From IMG/VR virus record IMGVR_UViG_3300043411_002995, positions 47,706-111,705 of that record: a stretch of 64,000 bases of DNA. One strand, 5' to 3'. Source of the DNA: a virus. The first letter of the stretch is position 1. Each line of letters opens with the position of its first letter. A program made the translations under genes and the position numbers. Shown piece by piece: positions 38,544 to 47,690 of the stretch. The notes beneath the pieces were generated by a model that saw only the letters and a program-made list of their open reading frames with translations, ran no database searches and was not told where the DNA came from.

Positions 38544-38999
38544 ATGTCCTCGTACATCTGCCTGAGGCGCTACGGCCTCATCCGCAAGGCGGCGCCGGCA
38601 CCCCAGCCCGTCCGCTTCTACAAGACCATGCAGAGCCTCGCGGCGATCACCGCGAGCGTCACGGTGCCAGCCCACGGCATGCTGGTCTCGGGCTTCTCCC
38701 ACCAGTCCATCCCCATGCGATCCCAGATCTGGACCTTCTTCAAGCAGCTCCTCCGGGGGTGCGCTTGGGCCGCGGCGATCGCCGCGGGCATGTTGGTCTA
38801 CACGGCGTTCGTCTCCAAGTGGAAGGAGAACGGCTTCCCCACCATCCCCATCAGCGCGCTCGTGGCGATCGATCAGGCCATGCCCAAGAACGGTCCGTCG
38901 AACGTCGTCACGCTCGGTGGCGGCAGTGCGCAGGTCCCATCTCCGCGACCCGCCAACACCCGGCAGACGAACCTCATCGACATCGAGTACGAGGGCTAG
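38544..38999 (+). CDS. hypothetical membrane protein
   Basis: AAGGAG RBS; one hydrophobic helix. Confidence 0.65.
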   Translation: MSSYICLRRYGLIRKAAPAPQPVRFYKTMQSLAAITASVTVPAHGMLVSGFSHQSIPMRSQIWTFFKQLLRGCAWAAAIAAGMLVYTAFVSKWKENGFPTIPISALVAIDQAMPKNGPSNVVTLGGGSAQVPSPRPANTRQTNLIDIEYEG

Positions 39000-39460
39000 T
39001 CGAGCGCGCGCGCTACCAGCATCCCCGCCAACAAGGAGGTCGAGATCGCAGCAACCGTCCACGCGACCGGCGACCCCCACATCGGCTTGACCCGCTCGAG
39101 CTGGTACTTCTTGTCGAGTGCGATCAGATCGGAGGAGAGCTTGTCGGTGCGTGCGACAAGCAGCGCCTGGCTCTTGGCGTAGGTCGCCACCTGGTCCTGC
39201 AGGGACGTCACCTGCAGCGCCAGGTTGGCGGCGCGCTCGCCCTCTTTCTTAGCCACCACCCGCTGGTGGATCAGCTCGGCGTCGACCTCGAGGACGGCCT
39301 TCCAGTCGTCGATGTTGACGTAGCCGCAGATGGTTCCGATTCCCGGCACCACGTACTTCGTGCAGGGGGGAACCAGCTGCGGCTGGTAGACGTCGTCAGC
39401 GTGTGCCGGGGACGTCGTCCCAAGAACGGATGCGATCGATAGCGCGACGATCAGCCTCAT
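38996..39460 (-). CDS. secreted coiled-coil protein with C-terminal TM helix, spanin-partner candidate
   Basis: ATG 39460 with GAGGAGG; signal peptide ending AHA-D, two Cys, coiled coil, hydrophobic C-terminus. Confidence 0.6.
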   Translation of the reverse strand: MRLIVALSIASVLGTTSPAHADDVYQPQLVPPCTKYVVPGIGTICGYVNIDDWKAVLEVDAELIHQRVVAKKEGERAANLALQVTSLQDQVATYAKSQALLVARTDKLSSDLIALDKKYQLERVKPMWGSPVAWTVAAISTSLLAGMLVARALD

Positions 39461-39845
39461 AGCGTGCCTCCTCGGCCCGTAGGTCGGCCGCGATGACCCG
39501 CAGGGTCTCCTGCGCAGCGTCGATCTCCTTCTGGCGCTCGGCGAGCACCAGGCTGTCCTTGGCGATCTGGGCGTGCATGGTGGCCTGGTCGGCCTGGATG
39601 CGCGCCTTCTCCTTCTCGTGGCGCAGCATCGCGAGCTCGCGGTTCCGCCGCCACGAGACCCAGGCCCAGATGGCGGCGGCCGCGAGCACCACCGCGAGGA
39701 TGATGATCGTCCCCAGCCACGACTTGCTGCCGCCGCCCGCCGCCGCGGGTTGCTGGTTGCGCTTGATGACCGCCTCGAGCTTCGAGAGGATCTCGGCCGG
39801 GTCGAGGGGCGGCTTCGCGACGCCCGTCGTGTCCTGGTCAGGCAT
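39396..39845 (-). CDS. i-spanin-like protein
   Basis: Single TM (WLGTIIILAVVLAAAAIWAWV) then long coiled coil; 3' end overlaps next gene. Confidence 0.55.
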   Translation of the reverse strand: MPDQDTTGVAKPPLDPAEILSKLEAVIKRNQQPAAAGGGSKSWLGTIIILAVVLAAAAIWAWVSWRRNRELAMLRHEKEKARIQADQATMHAQIAKDSLVLAERQKEIDAAQETLRVIAADLRAEEARYEADRRAIDRIRSWDDVPGTR

Positions 39846-40434
39846 GCGTCAGACCTTCTCGGGCGCCGCGGAGGCCTTCGACGCGCAGCTTGAAGAGCTC
39901 GGCCTCGATGAGGCCCTCGAGGCGGCCGCGGGCGAGCTCGGGCAGCCCCTGGGACACGGCCATGTCGGTGGCCCAGTTGACGGCGACATCGAGCACCTCG
40001 GGACCCGGGACCTTCTTGTCGTCCGTCAGCTCCTTGGCCTTCTTGCGCGCCCACTCGGCGCCGCGCAGCGCGGCCTGGCGCGCCAACGACTTCCACTGCT
40101 CGGTCGTCTTGTCGGAGACGTCGAGGTGCAGCTTCTGCTTCGCCTTGTTGAGGAGCAGTCCGACGAGGCCAGCGATGAAGGTCGCGAACACGGGGATCAG
40201 CACGGCCAGCAGCTGGTCGCTCAGATTCTGGAGCCCCGTCTTGGCCGCCGGCGTCGGGGCGACCGTGGCGGGGGGCGTGGTGACCGCGATGGGTGCCGGA
40301 GCGGCTGGCTCCGTCACGGCGGCAACACCGCCATCGTCCGCCACTGCCGGCGCCGGCGCGCCGGCCAGGCAGCACAGGACCAGCAGGCTACCCAGCAGGC
40401 GCGATACGGCGGCGGTCTTCTTCGTCATCTTCAT
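39838..40434 (-). CDS. holin-like membrane protein (LL-H-like)
   Basis: TM helix then AALRGAEW...GPEVLDVA...LIEAEL pattern; preceded by a signal-like segment. Confidence 0.5.
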   Translation of the reverse strand: MKMTKKTAAVSRLLGSLLVLCCLAGAPAPAVADDGGVAAVTEPAAPAPIAVTTPPATVAPTPAAKTGLQNLSDQLLAVLIPVFATFIAGLVGLLLNKAKQKLHLDVSDKTTEQWKSLARQAALRGAEWARKKAKELTDDKKVPGPEVLDVAVNWATDMAVSQGLPELARGRLEGLIEAELFKLRVEGLRGAREGLTHA

Positions 40435-40732
40435 CGGAGTCTCCTCTGGTACGGGAAGGGGTCTTGGCCCAGTAGTGAACGAGGAGGATGATCTCCTCGG
40501 TCGTCGTGCTGATGTTGCTCCCGCCCTCCATCGTCTCGGTGATGGTCTTCTTGCGAGAGTACTCCTTGATCATGTCGACCTTGATCCCTTCGGAGAGGTC
40601 GTTCATCCGGTTGCGGAGCTCCGCGTAGGCCTCGCGATCCCCCTGCTCGAAGAGGTTGAACTCCTCGCAGTAGAACGTCCCGAGGTTGCGCCCGCCGACG
40701 CCGCCGAAGTTGACGGGGGTAGCCTTCGCCAT
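40388..40732 (-). CDS. hypothetical protein
   Basis: Start coupled to the portal stop. Confidence 0.65.
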   Translation of the reverse strand: MAKATPVNFGGVGGRNLGTFYCEEFNLFEQGDREAYAELRNRMNDLSEGIKVDMIKEYSRKKTITETMEGGSNISTTTEEIILLVHYWAKTPSRTRGDSDEDDEEDRRRIAPAG

Positions 40733-42765
40733 CAGATCGGCCCTCCGTCACGCCGCGGAGGCGCCGCCTGGGGCAGTGGCTTCTGCTGGTCGGCGACGTC
40801 GCCGGCGGTGGCGCCGGGCGCCATCTGGGACAGGAGCTGCTCGACCAGGCGGGCCATGTTGGGCATCTTCGCGCGCAGCTCGTTGAGGACCTGGACGCGC
40901 TGGCCCTGGTCCATCTTGGAGATCTTGTTGGCCCACTGCTTGGCGACCCGGGCCGCATCGAGCTGCACGACCTGGCCGCCCTGGCCGCCCACGTCCGTCC
41001 CGCCGGCTTGAGTCCCCGCCTCGCCGGCGACGGCCGCCTGCTGCTGGGATGCCTGTTGCTGGGCCGCCTGCTGCGCCATCTGCTGGTCCTGGGCCATCTG
41101 CTCGGGCCCTGCGGCAGGCGCCGGCGCGCCGCCCATGGCCGGGTCCTGGGCCTGCCCTGGAGGCAACGCGCCCTGAGGCCCGGCGTTGCCCTGCTGCTCG
41201 TTCTGGGCCTGCCCCTCCATGCCCGGCTGTCCGCCGGCGGACGCGCCCTGGGCCTCCGCGAAGGCTTCCTGGGCGCGGGCCTGGTAGCGGGCCTGGACGA
41301 TCGACGACTCTCCCTGGGCCTCGGTCTGGGCCTTCATGGTGATCGCCTGGATGCGGTTCCGCTGCTCCGCCTCCTTCTCGATCATGTTGAGCTCGTCGTC
41401 GTAGTCGAACCCGAGCTCGGTGAGCATCGTGTGGTCCGAGATCTTGTTGGCAGCGTTCAGCTGGATGACGATCTGCTTGCGCTGGATGTCGTCCGCCATC
41501 TTGAACTCGGTGAACCCGATGACGACATCGGGCATCCCGAGGTAGAGGCGCACGCGGTTCTTCGCCCAGTTGACGAAGCGCAGCAGCAGCCGGCGGTACA
41601 AGAGGAAGTGGTTCTCGAGGGTGCGCAGCGAGACGGAGCTGCCCGACCACGAGAGGCCGCCGAAGACGAACTCGAGCGGCACGCCCATGCCGCCGGTGAT
41701 CTCCTTGTTCGTCACCTCGATCTCGGGCCCAAGGAGTAGGGCCCGGCCGTCGCCGCCCAAGCGCTCGAACCCGAGCGGTACAGCGACGACCGAGACGTAG
41801 TTCGGGTCGATGCGCCACTTGCGGATCTCCTCCTGCACCGTGCCCTGCCACGTGGACAGGTTGACGTGCTGGTAGGGGTCCTGCTGGGCGTTCGCCTGGG
41901 GGAAGATGAACTCGAGCGGGAGGATGCGCTGCAGCGCGATCGCCTCCTGCGCGCGGCGCAGGACGTAGAGGTAGAACATCCGCCCCATCGAGTGGATGAT
42001 CAGCGGCTTGCCCCACCCCATGTCCTGCTCGGCCAAGGTCGGGCGCTTGAAGTGGAAGAGGTTCTGGTCCGAGAGCGCGACGTCGCGGCTCAGCTTCAGC
42101 GCCAACAGGAAGACCGCGGGGATGTCGACCAAGATCTCGCGCGACCCTTCCTGGATCGCCTTGCGGATCTTGTTCGGGATCTTGTAGCGGTACTTCGACC
42201 GCCCCGTGATCGGGTTGTAGTGGATGTCGATGTTCTTCGGGTCCCACCGAACGAAGTTGATGCCGGTCCGGTCCTTGATCGGCCTGTCGACGATCTCCCC
42301 GACGACCTCGGCGCGGCAGGCCTGGCAACCGTAGTGGAACTGGAAGTTGCGGAACTTGTAGCTGAACGACTCGTCGGAGAGTCGAGCCATCGACTTGCAG
42401 GCTGGGCAGCGCAGCCACCGCACGAACGGCAGGTTCATCGAGATGAACGCGTTGCCGTAGCAGAAGTAGTCGAGGCCGATCTCGATCAGGAAGGGCTTGA
42501 GGTTGAGCTCGTCCTCGAGGAGGGTCTTCCACCCGTCACGGACGTGCTTCTCGTCGGCGTTGTAGACGAAGTCCGTGACCGGGTACTCGGCGATCTTGGT
42601 GACCACCGACCCGATCATCGGGTCCTTGTAGAAGAAGTACTGGCACCACCGGAAGAGCTCCTTCACGGTCGGCGGCATGTACGTCTGCGCGATGTCGAAG
42701 AACGGGGACGGGTACACCGTCCCCCGTCGCCGATCGAGTCGCCCTTGGAACATGCCGTCGGACAT
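40732..42765 (-). CDS. portal protein
   Basis: 677 aa; KIAEYPVT, DYFCYGNAF, LFHFK....GWGKP, ITGGMGVPLEF portal-like motifs; Gln/Ala-rich tail. Confidence 0.8.
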   Translation of the reverse strand: MSDGMFQGRLDRRRGTVYPSPFFDIAQTYMPPTVKELFRWCQYFFYKDPMIGSVVTKIAEYPVTDFVYNADEKHVRDGWKTLLEDELNLKPFLIEIGLDYFCYGNAFISMNLPFVRWLRCPACKSMARLSDESFSYKFRNFQFHYGCQACRAEVVGEIVDRPIKDRTGINFVRWDPKNIDIHYNPITGRSKYRYKIPNKIRKAIQEGSREILVDIPAVFLLALKLSRDVALSDQNLFHFKRPTLAEQDMGWGKPLIIHSMGRMFYLYVLRRAQEAIALQRILPLEFIFPQANAQQDPYQHVNLSTWQGTVQEEIRKWRIDPNYVSVVAVPLGFERLGGDGRALLLGPEIEVTNKEITGGMGVPLEFVFGGLSWSGSSVSLRTLENHFLLYRRLLLRFVNWAKNRVRLYLGMPDVVIGFTEFKMADDIQRKQIVIQLNAANKISDHTMLTELGFDYDDELNMIEKEAEQRNRIQAITMKAQTEAQGESSIVQARYQARAQEAFAEAQGASAGGQPGMEGQAQNEQQGNAGPQGALPPGQAQDPAMGGAPAPAAGPEQMAQDQQMAQQAAQQQASQQQAAVAGEAGTQAGGTDVGGQGGQVVQLDAARVAKQWANKISKMDQGQRVQVLNELRAKMPNMARLVEQLLSQMAPGATAGDVADQQKPLPQAAPPRRDGGPI

Positions 42766-42779
42766 GGTGGCCTACCGGC

Positions 42780-44108
42780 TCAGATGATGCCTTCGCCGCC
42801 GGTGACCGCGCCCTTGCCGGTGACCATGCGGTAGCCCGCGGCGCCGAGCGCGCCGGCACGGATGAGCGCGCCCTTCTCCTGCGGGCTCAGCGAGCCCCAG
42901 CCGTTGTTCGTCCACTTCTTGAACGAGTCCATCGCCTTGACCTCGCCCGGAGGATCCGCCGGCGGTTTGGGGCCGTCGGCGTCGACCTTGGCCTTCGGCG
43001 AGATGTCCGGCGCGGGACCGTCGGTCCCCGTCCCCTTGCCGCCCTGAACGACTGCCAGCTCGGGCTTGCCACGATCGGCCTTGGGCGAGGCCGCGTCGGC
43101 CGCATCGGCGGTCGCCTTGGCACGCTCGCCCTCGGCCTTGACGACCTTCGCCTCGCCGAGCTGCGCCGGGGGCGGCGTCGGGGCCTTGGTCGCGTTGGCG
43201 GGACTGCCCGCCGCGGCGTTGCCGCGCGCCACCGACGTGTTCGCCGGCGCGGCCGGGGCATCGTCCCAGCCAGCGTCGATCTTCTTCATCGTGGTGTCGC
43301 GCTTGTCGATCGCCCGCCGCGCCTTCTCCTGGGCCACCGCGACGTTCTTCTGCGCGGCCGGCAAGGCACCCTTCGCGGCCGCGCCGCGGAGGCCGGCCGC
43401 CTGGGTCGCGGCCTGGACCCGCGCGAGTTCGGCCCGCGCCTTGTCGGGCGCGTTGATCGTGCGCAGGTGGCGAGCCTCGCGAGCCTTGGTACCGACGAAG
43501 GGGGCGTTCTTGGCGACGCTGCGGCCCGCGGCCGCCACGGGCTTCGCAGCCGCCCGCGCCGCACCTGCGACGGGCTTCGCAACCGCCCGCGCCGCGCCGC
43601 CACCGAGGTGGCGTGCCACGCCCTTGAGGGCGCCGAAGCCGCCGCGGATGGCGCCGATCAGCGCCTCCTTCTCCATCATGGCCATGGAGACGAGGTCGTG
43701 GCCCACCTTGGCCAGCTCGGCCTCGACCACCGGATGCAGGTCCGGGGGGACCTCGCTGCAGAGCGAGGCGAACATCGCCTCGAGGTCGCCCTGGATCGCT
43801 GCCGCCGCGACCTTGTCGAACACCTCGCCGAACTCCTCCGGGCTCAGGTCGACCTGGTTGAGGATCTGGTCGATGTAGACGTCGGCGCGCTTCTGCATGC
43901 CGGCGTTGGCGCCGCGCATCCCGACCGATCGAAGGATCTCGATGTCACGGTCCAGTCGCCGCGCCACCTTCTCGAACGGGGTGGCCGCGGCTGCGGTCTT
44001 CGCCATCGGCGCCGGCGCGCGCGGCTTCACGCCGGCCTCGGCGTTCGCCAGCTTCTGGAAGAAGGCGTTGCTGGACTCGGCGGTGAGGTAGGAGAAGTGG
44101 TCGCGCAT
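42780..44108 (-). CDS. putative internal head protein
   Basis: N-terminal region with QKLA, KTA, EKVA, QKRA, DKVA, EKEA, then a basic Ala-rich part with AKPVA repeats. Confidence 0.7.
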   Translation of the reverse strand: MRDHFSYLTAESSNAFFQKLANAEAGVKPRAPAPMAKTAAAATPFEKVARRLDRDIEILRSVGMRGANAGMQKRADVYIDQILNQVDLSPEEFGEVFDKVAAAAIQGDLEAMFASLCSEVPPDLHPVVEAELAKVGHDLVSMAMMEKEALIGAIRGGFGALKGVARHLGGGAARAVAKPVAGAARAAAKPVAAAGRSVAKNAPFVGTKAREARHLRTINAPDKARAELARVQAATQAAGLRGAAAKGALPAAQKNVAVAQEKARRAIDKRDTTMKKIDAGWDDAPAAPANTSVARGNAAAGSPANATKAPTPPPAQLGEAKVVKAEGERAKATADAADAASPKADRGKPELAVVQGGKGTGTDGPAPDISPKAKVDADGPKPPADPPGEVKAMDSFKKWTNNGWGSLSPQEKGALIRAGALGAAGYRMVTGKGAVTGGEGII

Positions 44109-44110
44109 GG

Positions 44111-44311
44111 TCAGCCTCCGGCGGCCCAGGCCGGGCCGCGGCCGCGGCCGCGCGCAGGGTCGAAGCCGTCTTCGACTACCTGGGCGAGTTCGCGTTCGAA
44201 GTCCTGGCGGGTCTTGTCCATGAACTCTCTGCGGAACTCGGAGATCGTGGCCGCCAGTTCTCTGGCTGCCTCGACTTCCGAGGGCGGGGTCGGGTCGTCA
44301 GACTGCATCAT
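44111..44311 (-). CDS. small hypothetical protein
   Basis: ATGA overlap with the upstream gene; fills the gap. Confidence 0.5.
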   Translation of the reverse strand: MMQSDDPTPPSEVEAARELAATISEFRREFMDKTRQDFERELAQVVEDGFDPARGRGRGPAWAAGG

Positions 44312-45348
44312 GGCACAGGAGGCGCAACCGTTGAAGCGCCGGCCGGGGCTCCGGGCACCGCCTGGCGTAGCACGCCGCGCTCGTCCAGGTACGCCTTGAC
44401 CACCACGAGCTTCAGCAGGTGGATGTCCAGCGGGTGATCCGGTCGCCATTCGATCGTGGTTGGGTCGACGTCCTTGATCCGCTCCCACGCCGCGGCGACG
44501 TCCATGCGGAAGCCGACGGTCCACTTCTTCCGGTCGAGGAGCCCCTGCACCGGCCCGAAGAACTCCTCGGGAGCGTAGACCCAGCCGTGGTCCTCGAGGA
44601 TCGCCCCGATGTACGCGATGACCTCGGCGTCGAACTCCTCATCGGCGCGGATCGCGCGGAGGATGGACACGGCGAACGCCGTCTGCGCAGGGCTCATCGG
44701 CTGGAAGGCACCGATGATCGGGACGATGTCGTTCCAGGCCAGGCCGCTGTCCTCGAAGATGTCCCAGTCCAGCCACGGCATGTCGCTTGTCACGGCGACC
44801 CGCAGGGCCATGATCTTGTTGCGGGTCAGGTCTCCGACCGGGCCGAAGTCCTTGCGCAGTGCCCACCACAGCGTGGCGGGCTCCCAGTCGGCCCAGGCGG
44901 TGCGATAGCGCATCGTGAGGGTGTCGAGCAGCTGCAGCGGGTGGGCGCGCTTGTCGGTGAAGATCCGCCCGTGCGTCCGGCGGGATGGCAGCGCCGGCTC
45001 GGGCGCCGGCTCTTCGCCCTCCTCGAGCTCGGGCTCAGCGTCCGCGCGATCGAACCCGTCCACTTCCATGGCCGCCGATGGGGCGACGGCCTCGAGGCCA
45101 TCGTCCTGGGCATCCTGGGCCTCCTGGACCTCCTGGGGCTCTTGGGCTGTGTCTGCCACCGCCGGCGCCGTGGTGGCCGCCGGCGCCTGCCGCTCGAGCT
45201 CCTTCAGGATCGATGGCGAAACGGTCGGCAGGTCCAGCGCCTCGGCCACGCCGGGGTCAAGGTCGACGGCGGTCTTCGCCAGTGGGCCGCGCCCCATGAC
45301 CGTGGCGAAGAAGCTCTGCTCCGCCGAGTTGGGGATGTGCCGGGTCAA
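44308..45348 (-). CDS. hypothetical virion-associated protein
   Basis: AKTA site, acidic linker, globular C-terminal domain. Confidence 0.7.
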   Translation of the reverse strand: MTRHIPNSAEQSFFATVMGRGPLAKTAVDLDPGVAEALDLPTVSPSILKELERQAPAATTAPAVADTAQEPQEVQEAQDAQDDGLEAVAPSAAMEVDGFDRADAEPELEEGEEPAPEPALPSRRTHGRIFTDKRAHPLQLLDTLTMRYRTAWADWEPATLWWALRKDFGPVGDLTRNKIMALRVAVTSDMPWLDWDIFEDSGLAWNDIVPIIGAFQPMSPAQTAFAVSILRAIRADEEFDAEVIAYIGAILEDHGWVYAPEEFFGPVQGLLDRKKWTVGFRMDVAAAWERIKDVDPTTIEWRPDHPLDIHLLKLVVVKAYLDERGVLRQAVPGAPAGASTVAPPVP

Positions 45349-45349
45349 G

Positions 45350-46495
45350 CTACGCCTCGCCGGAGATGACCTGCTTGATCAGCGCCTTCTCGGGGGCCGG
45401 GAGCGACTCGTAGATCTCGACCGGGTTGGCCGCGAACTGGCTGGCGAAGCTCGACCCCATGTAGCCGGCGATCTTCTTCTGGACAGCCTCCTTGCGCAGG
45501 TCGGCCTCGGTGATCGTCATCCCGTCGACCTCGTCGGACCACCCCTCGGCGACCTTGCCCATGGTGCTGGCATAAGGGTCGCTGAGCCCCCGATCGTAGT
45601 ACCGCGACAGCCCGGTCGCGGCGTCGATGGCCTGGAGGGCTGCTGCAGCGTCCTCCGGGCTGGTCTCCCCCAGGGAGGCCGCCAGCTTGTCGAGGACCGA
45701 CCGAGCGTCCTGGTTGCGAGGAAGGAGGGACTTGCGCTGCTCGATGTGGGCCAGCACGTGGCGGTTCCAGCCCGGCGACGCCCACTTCTCGAGGAGGTCG
45801 TGACCGGAGACGTCCACCTCGAGCTCGGCCGCGCGGGCCTGCACGTTGCGCGCGAACTGGTGACGGTGCGGAGGCGAGAGGTCCATGGCGTACTTGTCGA
45901 AATACTCGGCCGCCACCTTCACGTACTCGGCCGTCGGCATCGCGTACTTGCGCAGGATGGTCCCGTCCTCCGAGCGCACCACGAGCCCCCAGTGCTCGTT
46001 GGGCAGGTTGACGAAGGCCTCGATCTCCGCGGCCTGGGCCTGCTTCTCGATGAACTCGCGCTCGGCGAGCTTGCGCAGCATCCACCCAGTCTCCGATCCC
46101 TCGACGAAGGTGTTGCTCGTCGCCTCGTCATCACCCACCCGCGCCGCGTACGCGGCCACCATCTTCGAGTTCGGCACCCCGTACGCGTCGCATGCGGTCT
46201 TGATGAACTTGGCGGCGATGAACCTCGCCGGCCAGGCCAGCTTCTCGTGCGTCGCCTGGAAGTACTGGGCGCTCAACCAGGCGTTGCCCGGGTCGTTCAC
46301 CGGGTAGCGCCGCATCACCGCCGCGCGCTTGGTCAGGACGATCAAGCCGAAGTCGGTGTCCGGCAACGCGGCGTGCTGGTCCGCCGTCAAGACCGTGGTC
46401 TGCGCGCGCGCGATCGCGGCAGGCATGGCGATCTTGCTCATCAACTCGTGCTTGCTGTCGTCGTAGAAGTCGAGGACCGCGGCTGCGATGGTCAT
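45350..46495 (-). CDS. hypothetical head-associated protein with internal duplication
   Basis: LPDTDFGLIV...RRYPV and LPNEHWGLVV...RKYAM repeats; many K-x-A. Confidence 0.7.
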   Translation of the reverse strand: MTIAAAVLDFYDDSKHELMSKIAMPAAIARAQTTVLTADQHAALPDTDFGLIVLTKRAAVMRRYPVNDPGNAWLSAQYFQATHEKLAWPARFIAAKFIKTACDAYGVPNSKMVAAYAARVGDDEATSNTFVEGSETGWMLRKLAEREFIEKQAQAAEIEAFVNLPNEHWGLVVRSEDGTILRKYAMPTAEYVKVAAEYFDKYAMDLSPPHRHQFARNVQARAAELEVDVSGHDLLEKWASPGWNRHVLAHIEQRKSLLPRNQDARSVLDKLAASLGETSPEDAAAALQAIDAATGLSRYYDRGLSDPYASTMGKVAEGWSDEVDGMTITEADLRKEAVQKKIAGYMGSSFASQFAANPVEIYESLPAPEKALIKQVISGEA

Positions 46496-46523
46496 TCTGA
46501 TCGCCTTTCCCTGCGCAGCAGGA

Positions 46524-46553
46524 ACGGTATCACGCGCCTCGAAGGGGGGTCAA
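46524..46553 (-). promoter_or_regulatory. sigma70-type promoter TTGACC-N18-TACCGT
   Basis: Same hexamers as at 8033-8062; heads the portal operon. Confidence 0.7.
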
Positions 46554-46579
46554 CGCAGGGGAACCACTCGACCTTTCCA

Positions 46580-46596
46580 GGCATAAGAACCTTGAA
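46580..46596 (+). promoter_or_regulatory. phage-specific promoter candidate GGCATAAG-N6-GAA
   Basis: Exact motif upstream of the lone plus-strand gene at 46686. Confidence 0.75.
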
Positions 46597-46685
46597 CGAG
46601 GAGCAATACCTCGATCACCTCCGTCGATGGTGCGCCACCACCGCCGGAGTTTCTTCAACGGCGCAGATACAGGGAGCCACCCATC

Positions 46686-47027
46686 ATGACCACCGCCGCC
46701 AACACCGCCGCCAAGTCCGAGTCCGCCACCCCCGTCGTCGAGAAGCCCGGGCTGTTCAGCCGCGTCGGTTCCTCGCTCACCGACTTCCAGACCAACGTCA
46801 CGGTCGCCAACCCCTTCCTCGGCACTGCCGCCGGGGTCGCCCTCTACTCCGGGGTCGCCGCTGTCGCGGCGCCCCTGGCCAAGAAGGCGATCTCCGGCGC
46901 GCAGAGCCTGTTCGGGCGCGGCGCCAAGACGGCGGTCGAGGAGGCGAGCAAGGAAGCCGCGCAGGAGCAGGCCGCGAACTTCGCGAGCGGCGGGGGCAGC
47001 ATCCTCGGCCTCTTCGGCCGCAAGTAG
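46686..47027 (+). CDS. small Ala/Gly-rich membrane-type protein
   Basis: GGGAG RBS; FLGTAAGVALYSGVAAVAAPL. Confidence 0.75.
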   Translation: MTTAANTAAKSESATPVVEKPGLFSRVGSSLTDFQTNVTVANPFLGTAAGVALYSGVAAVAAPLAKKAISGAQSLFGRGAKTAVEEASKEAAQEQAANFASGGGSILGLFGRK

Positions 47028-47036
47028 CGCCACCGT

Positions 47037-47084
47037 CACCCCCGCCCGCAAGGGCGGGGGTGGTCTCACCCGTTTCTCTTAGCC
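47037..47084 (+). terminator. GCAA-loop hairpin plus TCTCTTAGCC
   Basis: 11-bp stem CACCCCCGCCC-GCAA-GGGCGGGGGTG; motif at 47075-47084. Confidence 0.75.
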
Positions 47085-47085
47085 T

Positions 47086-47376
47086 TCAGATCAGCGTCGT
47101 GAAGTCGACGGTGACCTGGGCGGGGACGAGGATCTCCTTGCGGAGGTTGATCGTCGGGATCTCGAGCAGCACCGTGGCGCCCTGGATGAGATCGATCCCG
47201 AAGCTCCCGTCGTCCTCGCTGAACGCCTCGATCGGATCCGAGACAACGCCCTTCGTGCCCGCGACCTGGCCGCCCTGGTCCTGCTGCGTCGACTTGATCG
47301 TGGCCTTCACCAGCTGGTTCGCCAGCGGGGTCTCGTCGGCCTTGCAGATGGTGCCGGTCACGGTACAGATCGCCAT
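47086..47376 (-). CDS. small beta-sandwich protein, paralog of the C-terminal domain of 48207-48827
   Basis: CTVTGTI...DGSFGIDLIQGA vs CSVQGTI...QGEFDLPLVRGG. Confidence 0.7.
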   Translation of the reverse strand: MAICTVTGTICKADETPLANQLVKATIKSTQQDQGGQVAGTKGVVSDPIEAFSEDDGSFGIDLIQGATVLLEIPTINLRKEILVPAQVTVDFTTLI

Positions 47377-47378
47377 GG

Positions 47379-47687
47379 CTACTGGGCCTCCTTCTTGCGC
47401 TGGTCAGGGAACCGGAGCTTCGAGCGGTGGAAGGCGTAGTGCGCGCAGAGCGCCGTCAGGATCGACGCGCCGGCCGTCGAGTAGACGACCAGGTCGACGT
47501 CGGCGGCGCCGGTGATCAGCCAGATCCCAGCGATCGCCCACCACATGATGAGCAAGATCGCCGCCGCCAGCGCGAGGCTCACCGGGTTGCTGCGACGGCG
47601 CCACTGCGCCAGGAAGTTGCGGAGGATCGGGGCCCAGAGCAGCACGCTGATCCCGGCGACCACGCCGTAGTAGTAGGAGTTCGACAT
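47379..47687 (-). CDS. three-TM membrane protein (holin-like topology)
   Basis: Three hydrophobic segments, basic C-terminus. Confidence 0.65.
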   Translation of the reverse strand: MSNSYYYGVVAGISVLLWAPILRNFLAQWRRRSNPVSLALAAAILLIMWWAIAGIWLITGAADVDLVVYSTAGASILTALCAHYAFHRSKLRFPDQRKKEAQ

Positions 47688-47690
47688 GGG

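Noticed and set aside
45569-45576. Seventh GGCATAAG copy
   Set aside because: Inside a minus-strand CDS, no GAA after it and no plus-strand gene downstream
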